DNA of 64,000 nucleotides from an uncultured Candidatus Rokubacteria bacterium (GCA_963771355.1 CAVYTA010000006.1:2496001-2560000), one strand, 5' to 3'; shown: positions 40,022 through 51,937, counted from the first letter of the stretch. The notes: a model not told the origin generated them from the letters alone. A program made the numbers and translations.

Positions 40022-41060
40022 CGCGCTGACCCAGGAGCGCGGGGAAGCCGGCCCGGCCTCCCGCCCGCACCTGGTCCAGCGTGCACTGGCGCGGCGCCTT
40101 GTCGGGCCGCCAGCGCAGGAAGCGGGTGCCGTGGCGGAACCGCCCTCCCGTGAAGTGGTCGTAGCCCACCTCCGCCACCAGTTCCGGCCGCAGCGGCTCC
40201 CACTCCGCCGAGCGGTCCGTGCTCCAGCGGCTCGGTCCACCCGGCGCCTGGCCGGTGAAGCCGGGCGGCGCGATGAGCGGACGCAGCCGCTCGAGCAGCG
40301 CCTTGCGCTCCGGGGCGGAGAAGCTGGAGGTGAACCCCACGTGGTGCAGCAGGCCCTGCGCGTCGTAGAGCCCCAGCAGGAGCGACCCCACCACGCGCGC
40401 GCCGGAGGCATAGCGGAACCCGCCCACCACGCAATCCACCGTCCGGGCGCGCTTGACCTTCTCCATCCCGGTGCGGTCGCCGGAGCGATAGTCGAGATCG
40501 AGGCGCTTGGCGATCACGCCGTCCACCGCGCCGCCCGCGCCGGAGAGCCATGCGCGGGCCACCGCCGCGTCGGTGGAGGCGGGCGACAGCGCGAGTCCGG
40601 CCGCGTCCGCCAGGTGCTTCCGTCCGAAGGCCTCGAGCCGCCGGCGGCGCTCGCGCAGCGGCCGGTCGGTGAGCCGGCGGCCCTCGGCGTCCACCAGGAG
40701 ATCGAACACGACCAGCACCGCGGGGGACTCGCGCGAGAGCCGCTCCACGCGGCTCGGCGCCGGATGGATGCGCTGAAGCAGGTCGTCGAAGGAGAGGCCG
40801 GCCCCCTTCGGCACCACCAGCTCGCCGTCGAGGACGAACCGGCGGGCCTTGAGTGCGCGGAGCGCCGTCACCACCTCGGGGAAATACCGCGCCAGCGGCT
40901 GGCCCGACTTCGACTGGAGCTCCACCCCGTCTCCGTCCCGGAAGGCCACACAGCGGAAGCCGTCCCACTTGGGCTCGTACTGCCAGGCCGGCCCAAGCGG
41001 GAGCTCCGTCACCAGGCGCGCCTCCATGGGCGGATACGGCGGCGCCAGCGGCAGCGTCAT
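39963..41060 (-). CDS. ligC: ATP-dependent DNA ligase, LigC-like
   Basis: EPKWDGFR, LDGE, VFDLL, DGVIAK, FRHG...WRPDK. Confidence 0.92.
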   Translation of the reverse strand: MTLPLAPPYPPMEARLVTELPLGPAWQYEPKWDGFRCVAFRDGDGVELQSKSGQPLARYFPEVVTALRALKARRFVLDGELVVPKGAGLSFDDLLQRIHPAPSRVERLSRESPAVLVVFDLLVDAEGRRLTDRPLRERRRRLEAFGRKHLADAAGLALSPASTDAAVARAWLSGAGGAVDGVIAKRLDLDYRSGDRTGMEKVKRARTVDCVVGGFRYASGARVVGSLLLGLYDAQGLLHHVGFTSSFSAPERKALLERLRPLIAPPGFTGQAPGGPSRWSTDRSAEWEPLRPELVAEVGYDHFTGGRFRHGTRFLRWRPDKAPRQCTLDQVRAGGRAGFPALLGQRVTPRAGARSRGGSAARRGG

Positions 41061-41079
41061 GCGAGCGCCCGCGGCCGCG

Positions 41080-42024
41080 TCATCCTGCACTCTTCAGCCG
41101 ATGCCGGCCGCGCCGGGCGAGCACCGGCGCGAACAGGTCGCCCACGCGAGCGAGCCGGGCGGGCACGTTGTCGAGGCGGAAATCTTCCAGCTTGGCCCCG
41201 CGCTCGACTTCCTGCCAGGTCAGCGGCGTGGACACCGCGGCCCGGGGCGACGGCCGCACCGAGTAGGCCGAGGCCAGCGTGCGGCCCCACGCGTTCTGGT
41301 TGTAGTCGACGAGGACGCGCCCGGCGGGCCGGCGGGCCACGCGATACTCCGCGGTGACGAGCGTCGGATGACGCGCGGCGAGGGCGACGGCGAGCGCCTT
41401 GGCCTCCGTCCACACCGCCTTCTGGGTGGGCCCGCGGACGATGGGCACGTAGACGTGGATGCCACGCGAGCCGGTGGTCTTCGGGAAGGAGGGCATGCCC
41501 AGGCGGTCCAGCGCCGTCCGGAGCAGGAGTGCGACCGCCCGCACCGTCTCGAAGTCGGCGCCGCGGACCGGATCCAGGTCGAAGTGGAGATAGTCCGGCC
41601 GCTGCACGTCGTCGCAGCGCGCGTACCACGGGTTCAGGTCGATGCAGCCGAGATTGACCAGCCACAGCAGCGAGAGGAGGTCCTGGACCATCGGGTACTC
41701 GATCACGCTGCCGGAGCCGTGCTCGATGGCGCAGGTCTCGATCCAGGGCGGGCGTGACGCGGGCGCGCGCTTCATGAAGAAGAAGGGGCCCCCGGCGCCG
41801 CCGGGGTAGCGTTTCATCACCATGGCCCGGTCCCGGAGATGCGGCAAGAGCTCGGGCGCCACCGCCAGGTAGTAGCGCAGCAAGTCGCCCTTGGTGAGCC
41901 CGAGGGCCGGCCAGAACGGCTTGCGCAGGTTGGTGAGCATGGTGCTCCGGCCGCGCAGCCGCACCTCCGCGGTGTCGCGATCGGCGGGGATCACCCGCGC
42001 CGCCGGCGGCGCGGCGGGGCTCAC
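41080..42024 (-). CDS. stand-alone LigD-type primase-polymerase (Prim-PolC-like)
   Basis: TKGDLLRYY, KRYP, FDLDP, KTTGSRGIH, DYNQN, YSVR. Confidence 0.92.
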   Translation of the reverse strand: MSPAAPPAARVIPADRDTAEVRLRGRSTMLTNLRKPFWPALGLTKGDLLRYYLAVAPELLPHLRDRAMVMKRYPGGAGGPFFFMKRAPASRPPWIETCAIEHGSGSVIEYPMVQDLLSLLWLVNLGCIDLNPWYARCDDVQRPDYLHFDLDPVRGADFETVRAVALLLRTALDRLGMPSFPKTTGSRGIHVYVPIVRGPTQKAVWTEAKALAVALAARHPTLVTAEYRVARRPAGRVLVDYNQNAWGRTLASAYSVRPSPRAAVSTPLTWQEVERGAKLEDFRLDNVPARLARVGDLFAPVLARRGRHRLKSAG

Positions 42025-42632
42025 GGTCGCGGGGCCAGGCGCGCCGGCCGCGGGCCCCGCCGCCGCGCCCCCGCCACGCCGATGTACTCGAGCTCGCGGC
42101 CCGCGCGCACGCTGCGGAGCAGCAGTCCGCCGCGGCTCATATCGCCCCGGCCCACGAAGTCGGCGGGGAAGCGGAGCCGCTCGCCGAGCACGCCGAGGAG
42201 CGGCTCCAGATACTTCCCGGTGGCCACGCTCCCCAGCAGGACGACCTCGCACTCGGCCCCCGCGGCGCGGGCGAGACGGCGCGCGTCGCGGAGCAGCGGC
42301 ACCCGGTAGCGGCGGTCGTCCGCGGCGATGTCGACCTGCGCGTAACGCCGGAGCCGGCTCAGGTCCACCGGCTCGTCGGCGGGCCGCAGCCCTTCGGCGG
42401 GGGTGATGACGAGCACGCCGGGCACCCCGGCGGGGGGCCGCGCGAAGGCCTCCGCGTAGGCGAGCTTGCCGCGGAAGTAGAGGCCGCTGAGAAAGGAGAA
42501 CACGTCGCCCAGCGGAGCGCCGGGGGCGGCGCGCACCCGCCGCGCCAGGTCGAAGCGGGCGCGCGCGTCGAAGACGAGCCCCGCCCGCACGCCGCCACAG
42601 TGCGCGGGGGACAGCAGGAAGATACGGCTCAC
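42021..42632 (-). CDS. uncharacterised 203-aa protein in the DNA-repair operon
   Basis: GTGA overlaps at both ends; IFLLSPA, SGLYFRGKLAYA, VVLLGSVATGKY, GRGDMSRGGLLL. Confidence 0.8.
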   Translation of the reverse strand: MSRIFLLSPAHCGGVRAGLVFDARARFDLARRVRAAPGAPLGDVFSFLSGLYFRGKLAYAEAFARPPAGVPGVLVITPAEGLRPADEPVDLSRLRRYAQVDIAADDRRYRVPLLRDARRLARAAGAECEVVLLGSVATGKYLEPLLGVLGERLRFPADFVGRGDMSRGGLLLRSVRAGRELEYIGVAGARRRGPRPARLAPRP

Positions 42633-44344
42633 CGGCGGGCCCCCGGCGCCACCGCGCGCGCGAAGGCCTCCGGGCCGCGCGTGTTGAGCACCTCGCCGCG
42701 CCGCACCCACCCGCGCCGCGCCATGGCCACCCCGTAGCGGAGATTCGCCAGCTCGTCGGTGGCGTGCGCATCGGTGGAGATCACGAAGGGGATGCCCCGC
42801 TCGCGCGCGGCCCGGATCCAGCGGGGCGGCAGGTCGAGCCGGTTGGGGTCGCCGTTGATCTCCACCGCCGCGCGGGAGGCGGCCACCACGTCCAGGATCT
42901 CCTCCACCCGGCAGTCGATGGGCGGCCGCGAGAGCACCAGCCGGCCCAGGGCATGACCCCAGACCTTGAAGCAGGGATGCGCCATCGCGCGGGCGATCCG
43001 CCGCGTCATCTCCTCCGCGCCCATGCGATGGCGGGCGTGCACGCTCGCGATCACGATGTCGAGGCGCTCGAGCACCGAGTCGGGATAGTCCAGGCCGCCG
43101 TCGGCGAGGATATCCGACTCGGTCCCCCGCAGGAGCCGCACCGACACCGTTTCCTGGACGCGCGCGATCTCCTCCCACTGCGCCTCGAGCCGGTCCACCG
43201 AGAGCCCGCCCGCGTAGGACGCGGTGGGCGAGTGATCGGTGATGGTCAGATAGCGCAGGCCGCGCGCCTCCGCCGCGCGCGCCATCTGCGCCACCGAGTG
43301 CCGACCGTCCGAGTACACGGTGTGGCAGTGGACGGCGCCCTGGACATCCTCCATGCGGACCAGGTCCGCCGGAAGACTGCCATCCGCCGCCGCCTCGATC
43401 TCGCCCGCCTCCTCGCGGAGCTCGGGCGGCACGTAGGCGAGGCCGAGCCGGCGGTAGATCTCGGCCTCGGTGGCAAAGCCGGCCTCGTCGAGGCGCAGCC
43501 CGCGCGCCTCCGCGAGCCGGCGCAGATGCGCCACGTGCGCCGGCGCGCCGGTGGCGTCCAGCAGCGCGGCCGCGTAGCGCTCCGGCGGCACCACCCGCAG
43601 CTCGAGACCGAGGCCGGTGGCGAGGGTGGCCCGCGCCGAGTCTCGCCCGCGCGCGCCGGCGGCCGCGATCAGCGGCGAGGCGAGTGCGCGCTCGAGTGCC
43701 GCCGCAGGCCGGCTGGAGCCCAGCACCACCACCAGCGATTCGACGGTCTCCGTGGTGCGACGGAGGTCGCCCGCGTAGTCGGCCTGGGTGACCCCGGGCG
43801 CCGCACGCACGTGGGCGAGCAGCGGCTCTGCCACGGCCAGCGCGTCGGGGAGCAGCACCCGGGTCTGCCTCGGCTCGTCGAGGGCGCGAATCTGCTCCAG
43901 GAGCCGCCGCTCCGTCTTCTCGCCCATCCCTTTCACTGCCCGCACCCGTCCGGCCTCGCAGGCCGCCCGGAGCTCCGCGACCGAGGTCACCCCCAGCGTC
44001 CGGTTCAGCGCGGCGATCTTCGCGAGCCCGAGGGAGGAGAGGCGGCTCAGCTCACCCGCGCCCGCGGGCAGCCGCTCGTTGAGCTGCTCCAGCGCCCGGC
44101 AGGCGCCGGTCTGGTGCAGCTCGGTGATCATGGCGGCGAGCCCAGGGCCAACCCCGCGGAGCTCGGTGAGCCGGCCCTCGGCCACGAGCGCGGCGAGCGC
44201 ATCGTCGTCCAGGCGCTGCACGACCTCGGCCCCGCGGGCGTAAGCCCGCGAGCGGAACGGCGTCTCCCCCAACAGCGCGGTGAGGCGCGCCATCTCCTGC
44301 AGGGCGGCGGCGACATGGGCGGACCCGTAACGCTTGGCCTTCAT
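42629..44344 (-). CDS. polX: PolX-PHP protein with degenerate polymerase active site
   Basis: HhH motifs, YVPPELRE; PHP motifs HCHT..SDG, TDHS, STDAH; GDLRR..ETVESLVV where GDxD is expected. Confidence 0.92.
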   Translation of the reverse strand: MKAKRYGSAHVAAALQEMARLTALLGETPFRSRAYARGAEVVQRLDDDALAALVAEGRLTELRGVGPGLAAMITELHQTGACRALEQLNERLPAGAGELSRLSSLGLAKIAALNRTLGVTSVAELRAACEAGRVRAVKGMGEKTERRLLEQIRALDEPRQTRVLLPDALAVAEPLLAHVRAAPGVTQADYAGDLRRTTETVESLVVVLGSSRPAAALERALASPLIAAAGARGRDSARATLATGLGLELRVVPPERYAAALLDATGAPAHVAHLRRLAEARGLRLDEAGFATEAEIYRRLGLAYVPPELREEAGEIEAAADGSLPADLVRMEDVQGAVHCHTVYSDGRHSVAQMARAAEARGLRYLTITDHSPTASYAGGLSVDRLEAQWEEIARVQETVSVRLLRGTESDILADGGLDYPDSVLERLDIVIASVHARHRMGAEEMTRRIARAMAHPCFKVWGHALGRLVLSRPPIDCRVEEILDVVAASRAAVEINGDPNRLDLPPRWIRAARERGIPFVISTDAHATDELANLRYGVAMARRGWVRRGEVLNTRGPEAFARAVAPGARR

Positions 44345-44374
44345 GTCCCCGGCTACTTCAAGAGCTGTGCCACC

Positions 44375-45598
44375 TCAGACCGGTGCCACGTCTTCCTGGA
44401 GCAACGGGCGCAGGTCCACGCGGCGTCCCTCGGCGGCAGAGAGATAGGCGCCGTAGATCACGGCGGTGACGTCGCGGGCGAGCGGGCCGCCGGAGAGCGG
44501 CTCCCGACCGAAAACGACGGCTTCCATGAAGTCCTGGATCTCCTGCGGATAGCCCGACGTCCAGTCCTCGTCGGGTTGTGGGCTCGACCAGCCGGCCTTG
44601 GTCTCGAGCTTCTCCACCAGGTACTCATCGCCGAACACCGCGCCGTCGGGCGCATAGGCCTGGACCACGTTGTTCGGGTTGATATTGCAGATCACCATGG
44701 CGCGGGCCCCGTAGGCGATGAGCTGATTGCGGATGCCGCCCAGGACGGTATCGGCGGCGGCGATCTGCGCCACGGTGCCGTCGTCGAACCCGATCAGCAT
44801 GGCGCCCCAATCCTCGACGTCGGCGCCCGCCACCGTCTTGAGGAACTGCGGCCCGGCGACGCGAAAGGTCTCCGTGGCCACGAGATTCGCCGTCTCCGCG
44901 CTCACCGAGACGGGGCGGATGGGACGGCCCCGCAGTCGGAGGCCCTCGTCCGCCTTGAGATAGAGCGCGGCCCCGAGCGGATGGCAGCCCTTTCCGAGCA
45001 GGGAGCCGCCCCCGCCGGTATCCCAGCGCTTGTTCACCGGCGCATGGGTGCCGGAGTGGCTTTCCTCCCCGACCAAGCGCAGGATCGGGCCTCCGGCGGC
45101 GGTGAGCAGGCGGCGCGCCTTCTGTACCGGCGGCGCGTACACCCAGTTCTCGGCGTAGCAGAGGCGGACCTTGGCTTCGCGGCAGGCGGCGAGCACCGCG
45201 TCGGCGGACGCGAGTGCGCGCCGGAGCATCTCGTCCCGCGGGGTGGCGGCGGGACCGAAGAAGCCGGTGAGGGGCTTCTCGACGATGACATGTTTCCCCG
45301 CGCGCGCGGCGGCCACCGCCATCTCCGCGTGGAGATACGACGGCGCGCAGAGATCCACGACGTCCACGTCTCCCGCCGCGGCCACGGCGGCGAGATCCGC
45401 TTCCACACGGCCCACGCCGAATTCGTCCGCGAACTGCTTGGCCCGCTCCGGCCGCGCGGCCGCCACGCAGGTGAGCTCGACGTCGAGCCCGTGCACGTGG
45501 CGGTACGCCTCGGCATGCAGCCGGGCCACGAAGCCTGCACCCACCAGCCCCACCCGCACGCGCCGCCTCTCCGTACCTCTACGACCGCTACCGCTCAT
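44375..45598 (-). CDS. Gfo/Idh/MocA oxidoreductase
   Basis: GLVGAG, HVIVEKP, GGGSL. Confidence 0.92.
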   Translation of the reverse strand: MSGSGRRGTERRRVRVGLVGAGFVARLHAEAYRHVHGLDVELTCVAAARPERAKQFADEFGVGRVEADLAAVAAAGDVDVVDLCAPSYLHAEMAVAAARAGKHVIVEKPLTGFFGPAATPRDEMLRRALASADAVLAACREAKVRLCYAENWVYAPPVQKARRLLTAAGGPILRLVGEESHSGTHAPVNKRWDTGGGGSLLGKGCHPLGAALYLKADEGLRLRGRPIRPVSVSAETANLVATETFRVAGPQFLKTVAGADVEDWGAMLIGFDDGTVAQIAAADTVLGGIRNQLIAYGARAMVICNINPNNVVQAYAPDGAVFGDEYLVEKLETKAGWSSPQPDEDWTSGYPQEIQDFMEAVVFGREPLSGGPLARDVTAVIYGAYLSAAEGRRVDLRPLLQEDVAPV

Positions 45599-45681
45599 CG
45601 AGTCCTCCGGACAGGGTGAAACGACCTGGGCCCGGTGCGGGCCGGGCCCAGTCTACCCGGAGACGGCGCGTGCGAGGAGTC

Positions 45682-45963
45682 TTAGCACTTCGGGAGCGGA
45701 CGGAGCGTCGCTTCGATCTTGTCGCCGATCTTCAGGTCACGGATCGTCTCGGCGCTGGCCTGGAACTCGTGGGTGGCGCCGGCCGTGTCGCGCACCTTGA
45801 TCCTTTCCTGGGTAGCGCTCATCTCGACCACCTGGCCCTCGACGCGCTGGGGCGCCTTGGCGGGCTGGCACTGCTTCGGGGCGGGCTGCTGCGCGGCCAC
45901 GGAGCCGGCAGCGACCAGCCCGGCCAGCGAGAGCGAAAGCATGCTAACGGCAAACGTCTTCAT
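45682..45963 (-). CDS. small exported protein
   Basis: Signal peptide; two Cys; beta-rich pattern. Confidence 0.7.
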   Translation of the reverse strand: MKTFAVSMLSLSLAGLVAAGSVAAQQPAPKQCQPAKAPQRVEGQVVEMSATQERIKVRDTAGATHEFQASAETIRDLKIGDKIEATLRPLPKC

Positions 45964-45996
45964 TAGGGGTCTCCCGTGTCCTAGGATTGGTCTGCT

Positions 45997-46209
45997 CTAG
46001 TTCTTCTTGGTGATGTCGTAGATGGCCCCGCCCACCGCGCCGACGCCGGCTCCGATGAGGGCGCCCTTGCCGGCACCATAGCCGGTACCCGCGCCGACCG
46101 CCGCGCCCGCGCCCGCGCCCACCGCGGTGCCGGTGACCGTTCCGCAGCCCGCCGGCGCCACTGCCAGGGCGGATAGGGACACGACTGCCATGATCCTTCG
46201 CAGCGTCAT
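45997..46209 (-). CDS. glycine-zipper lipoprotein
   Basis: GGAGG RBS; AG-C lipobox; GAGAGAAVG...GALIGAGVGAVGG. Confidence 0.85.
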   Translation of the reverse strand: MTLRRIMAVVSLSALAVAPAGCGTVTGTAVGAGAGAAVGAGTGYGAGKGALIGAGVGAVGGAIYDITKKN

Positions 46210-46257
46210 ATAGAGCCTCCTCCGAGAGAGTCTGAACTGCTCCTCCCCCCGGGGGGG

Positions 46258-46272
46258 GCAAGCGGCGTGCCA
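46258..46272 (-). promoter_or_regulatory. sigma54 -24/-12 promoter
   Basis: TGGCACG-CCGC-TTGC, a consensus match. Confidence 0.8.
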
Positions 46273-46420
46273 CGCTACGCACGCCAGACGGCGCGCAGAA
46301 TCGACGCCATACGCGCTCCCGCCGAGGGTCGGCCACATACGCGGGAGTTTCTACCCGTTCGGATGGTTCCCATTTCCCGGTGTAGCGAGTCTCACCGCGG
46401 GCTCGGTGAAGAGCTGACGC

Positions 46421-47740
46421 CTACTTCCCCATCAACCGCGCGGGAAGCCAGGTGGCCAGCCCGGGGAAGAGCGCCACCAGCAGCAGCATCACCAGCCCCA
46501 GTATCACGTAGGGGGTCACCGCGCCGCAGACCTGTCCCATGGTGATGGACCGCGGCGCCACGCTCTTCATGGTGAAGAGGAGCATGCCGAAGGGCGGCGT
46601 GAGCAGGCCGAGCTGCATGCAGATGAGGAAGAGCACGCCGAACCAGACGGGGTCGAACCCGTAGAGCGTCACCAGCGGCATGAAGAACGGCAGCGTGATC
46701 AGCATCATGCTCACCTGGTCGATGAAGCAGCCCAGGACGAGCAGGATGAGCATCATGACGGTGAGGACCGCGGCGGGGCCGAACTGGGCGTCCTGCACCG
46801 CCGCCACCAGCCCGTTGGTCGCCCCCGAGAACGTCAGGATCTGGGAGAAGGTGGTGGCGCCCACGATGATGAAGAGGATCACCCCGGAGATGCCCGCCGT
46901 TCCCAGCAGGGCCTTCAGCAAGCCGTCCCAGGTCAGCGCGCGGTACATCGCCGCCACCAGCACGGTGGCCACCGCGCCGATGGCGGCGGACTCGGTGGGA
47001 GTGGCCCAGCCCGCGGCCATGGCGAGGATCACCACCACGAAGATGATCACCAGCGGCAGCACGTACACCACCAGGGGCCGCCAGCGGACCCAGCCGCGGA
47101 CCGGCTCGTGCGCGAAGGCCGGCGCGAGCCGTGGATCGAGCACGGCGCGGACGACGATATAGCCCACGAAGGAGGCGGCGAGGAGCACGCCGGGCACGAT
47201 GCCGGCGAGGAGGAGCCGCGAGATGGAGATGCCGGCCAGGCTGCCGAGGAGCACGGTGAGCGCGGAGGGCGGGATGAGCATGTCCACGCCCCCGATGGCC
47301 ATGATGGGGCCCATCGCCATCCCGGGCTGATAGCCGCGCCGGAGCATCTCGGGAAGCAGGAGGCTGCCCAGCAGCGCGGTGGTGGCGATGGTGGAGCCGG
47401 AGATCGCCGAGAACACCGTCCCCGCCACCACCGCCACCACCGAGAGACGCCCGGGGACGCGGGCGATGAGCCGGTCGATGGCGTCGATGGCCTTCATGGC
47501 CACCCCGGTGTGGAAGAGCACCTCCCCCATGAGCACGAAGAACGGGATCGGCGTGAGGGAGAAGCTCGCGATGGACGCCACCCCGTTCCGGATCATCTGC
47601 ACGAGGCCGGCGTCCCCGCCCAGCCACACCCAGGCGCCCACCACGTTGATCGCGAGGAACGCGAAGGCCGCCGGGAGGCCGAAGGCGAGGAGCACCGACA
47701 GGAGGCCGAAGAGAAGGGTCGCCGCGAGCCACCAGACCAT
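46421..47740 (-). CDS. dctM: TRAP transporter large permease
   Basis: IPFFVLMGE, LIPPS, TPTESAA, LTPPFG. Confidence 0.93.
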   Translation of the reverse strand: MVWWLAATLLFGLLSVLLAFGLPAAFAFLAINVVGAWVWLGGDAGLVQMIRNGVASIASFSLTPIPFFVLMGEVLFHTGVAMKAIDAIDRLIARVPGRLSVVAVVAGTVFSAISGSTIATTALLGSLLLPEMLRRGYQPGMAMGPIMAIGGVDMLIPPSALTVLLGSLAGISISRLLLAGIVPGVLLAASFVGYIVVRAVLDPRLAPAFAHEPVRGWVRWRPLVVYVLPLVIIFVVVILAMAAGWATPTESAAIGAVATVLVAAMYRALTWDGLLKALLGTAGISGVILFIIVGATTFSQILTFSGATNGLVAAVQDAQFGPAAVLTVMMLILLVLGCFIDQVSMMLITLPFFMPLVTLYGFDPVWFGVLFLICMQLGLLTPPFGMLLFTMKSVAPRSITMGQVCGAVTPYVILGLVMLLLVALFPGLATWLPARLMGK

Positions 47741-47766
47741 GAAGGAACCGGGGGACGAGCGCGCCG

Positions 47767-48261
47767 CTAGGCGTGCGGCCCGCTGCCCTCGAGGGCCCCG
47801 CCGAGCAGAAGGCGCCGCACGAACTCCACCCCGAGCACGGCGAAGCACACCGGCACCGGGGCATAGAGCCACCATTCCGGGAAGACGACCGCCTTGATCA
47901 CCATGGAGCCCTGCTGGGCCGAGCTGGCGATGGCCCGCGCGCCATAGATGACGAAGACCGTGGAGACGGCCAGCCCCACCAGGTCCGAGAGCCGCTCCAG
48001 CGCGCGCGCGGCGGGCCCCGGCAGCGAGGTGAGCAGGACGTCGAGCCGCACGTGCTCGTTCCGGTGGAGCAGCCACGGCGCCACCAGGAAGGTGGCGAGG
48101 GGAAGGCTATACTCCGAGACCTCGATGATCCAGGGCAGGGTCCCGAGCCCGAGGTTCCGGGCGAGGACGTCTCCGGTCACCAGGAGCGCCAGCACACCGA
48201 GGAGAAGCGCGGCCGCCACCGCCCCCGCGCGCAGCAGCCCCCGGTAGGCCCGCCCGAGCAT
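47767..48261 (-). CDS. dctQ: TRAP transporter small permease
   Basis: Four hydrophobic segments; EHVRLD. Confidence 0.88.
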   Translation of the reverse strand: MLGRAYRGLLRAGAVAAALLLGVLALLVTGDVLARNLGLGTLPWIIEVSEYSLPLATFLVAPWLLHRNEHVRLDVLLTSLPGPAARALERLSDLVGLAVSTVFVIYGARAIASSAQQGSMVIKAVVFPEWWLYAPVPVCFAVLGVEFVRRLLLGGALEGSGPHA

Positions 48262-48267
48262 CGCGCG

Positions 48268-50358
<2,091 letters not shown>

Positions 50359-50359
<1 letters not shown>

Positions 50360-50898
50360 TAACTCGCCGCCTTTACGGTAACCGCTTTGACCACGAGGTC
50401 GATGACCAGCTCCGCCTTCTTCAGCACCTCGTCCTCACGGATCCCGCCGAGCGGATGCGGGATGAGCGCGAGGGGGAGATCCGCCATGCCGCGGTTCTTG
50501 GCCTCCAGCTTGGCGAGCTGCTCGAACTCGAAGGTCCCCAGGACGACGGACGGGATCCCCTTCTGCTCCAGCACGATGGCGCCGTGGATACTCCACGACG
50601 TGCACGACCCTCAGTCGGCGCTGCCGACCAGGGCGAAGTCGCACTGGGTGAGCGCGTCGAGGATGGTGGGCGACGGCGCCCCCGCGATGCCCTTCTCGCG
50701 CTTCACGATCTCGCCCACGCCGTACTGCTCCTGGAGCCGGCGCGCTACCGTCAGCATCAAGAAGCCGGCATTGGCCTTGCTGTTGTCGAGAATGGCCACC
50801 TTCTTGCCGCGCAGGCTCGAGAGCCGCTGGGCGAGGCCCGCGGCGAGGATGCGGGGCTCGGCGGTGGGATCGTAGAGGACCACTTCCTTCGCGCTCAT
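50359..50898 (-). CDS. UGSC-family selenoprotein (Sec at 50611-50613)
   Basis: Two ORFs join in frame as VGSAD[TGA]GSCTSWSIHG...EQKGIP, giving a UxxC motif. Confidence 0.92.
50580..50600 (-). promoter_or_regulatory. bacterial SECIS-like hairpin
   Basis: CGUCGUGGA-GUA-UCCACGGCG, starting after a 10-nt spacer from the UGA. Confidence 0.75.
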
Positions 50899-51031
50899 GC
50901 CTCACGCCCTCCGATTCATGGGGGTGAACAACCGGCCCCGCCCGCGGACGCCGCCGGGCGTGCTCGCCCATTAAAGCACGAGTCCGCCGCCGCCCGCCCG
51001 GCCGGGATTCGGAGTAGCATGTTGTCCGCCC

Positions 51032-51937
51032 ATGAGTCCCGGCGCCACGCCGATCCTCGAGCTGAGAGAGCTGACCAAGCGCTACGGCGAGGTGGAGGCC
51101 CTGCGCGGCATCAGCCTCGCCATCGCCGCCGGCGAGATCGTCGCCATGCTGGGCCCCAACGGCGCGGGCAAGACCACCTCGATCAGCCTCATGCTCGGAT
51201 TGCGCCGGCCGAGCTCCGGCGACGTCCGCCTGTTCGGTCTGCCTCCCACCGACCGCCGAGCGCGGAGCCGGGTCGGCGTGATGCTCCAGGAATCCGGCGC
51301 CCCCGGTGTCCTCACCGTCCGCGAGCTGATCGGGCTCTTCGGCACCTACTATCCCGCGCCCCTGCCGGTGGCGCAGGCCCTCGCCATGGCCGGCCTGGAG
51401 GACAAGGCAGACGCGCGCGTGGCCACGCTGTCGGGCGGGCAGCGCCAGCGGCTGTACTTCGCCCTCGCCGTGGGCGGCAATCCCGAGGCGCTCTTCCTCG
51501 ACGAGCCCACGGTGGGCATGGACATCGAGGCGCGCCGGGCCTTCGTGACCGCCATCCAGGCGCTCGCCGCCGCCGGCAAGAGCGTGATCTTCACCACGCA
51601 CTATCTCCGGGAGGCGGAGGAGCTCGCCACCCGCATCGTGGTCATCGATCGCGGGATCGTCATCGCCGACGCGGCGCCGCGGGTGCTCATGTCGCGGGTG
51701 GCGGGCAAGCGCGTGGCCTTCACGGTGGCGCGGCCCCTGCCCGCCGACGCCTTCGCCGGGCTGGTCGTCACCGCCCTGGACGTGTCCGACGGGCGCGTAC
51801 GCTTCCTCACCAGCGAGCCGGAGACCGCGTTGCGCCGGCTCTTCGAGCGGGGGGTGGAGCCGCACGACCTCGAGGTGGCGGGAGCCGACCTCGAGGAGGC
51901 GGTGCTGAGCCTGACCCGGCGACCGGAGCGCGCGTGA
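51032..51937 (+). CDS. ABC exporter ATP-binding protein
   Basis: GPNGAGKT, LSGGQ, FLDEP. Confidence 0.95.
   Translation: MSPGATPILELRELTKRYGEVEALRGISLAIAAGEIVAMLGPNGAGKTTSISLMLGLRRPSSGDVRLFGLPPTDRRARSRVGVMLQESGAPGVLTVRELIGLFGTYYPAPLPVAQALAMAGLEDKADARVATLSGGQRQRLYFALAVGGNPEALFLDEPTVGMDIEARRAFVTAIQALAAAGKSVIFTTHYLREAEELATRIVVIDRGIVIADAAPRVLMSRVAGKRVAFTVARPLPADAFAGLVVTALDVSDGRVRFLTSEPETALRRLFERGVEPHDLEVAGADLEEAVLSLTRRPERA

Noticed and set aside
39963..42024. Complete Ku-LigD NHEJ system
   Set aside because: No Ku or phosphoesterase domain in the window; the ligase is LigC-like.
46245..46258. C6G8 run as a phase-variation tract
   Set aside because: Non-coding and short; length variation cannot be judged from one sequence.
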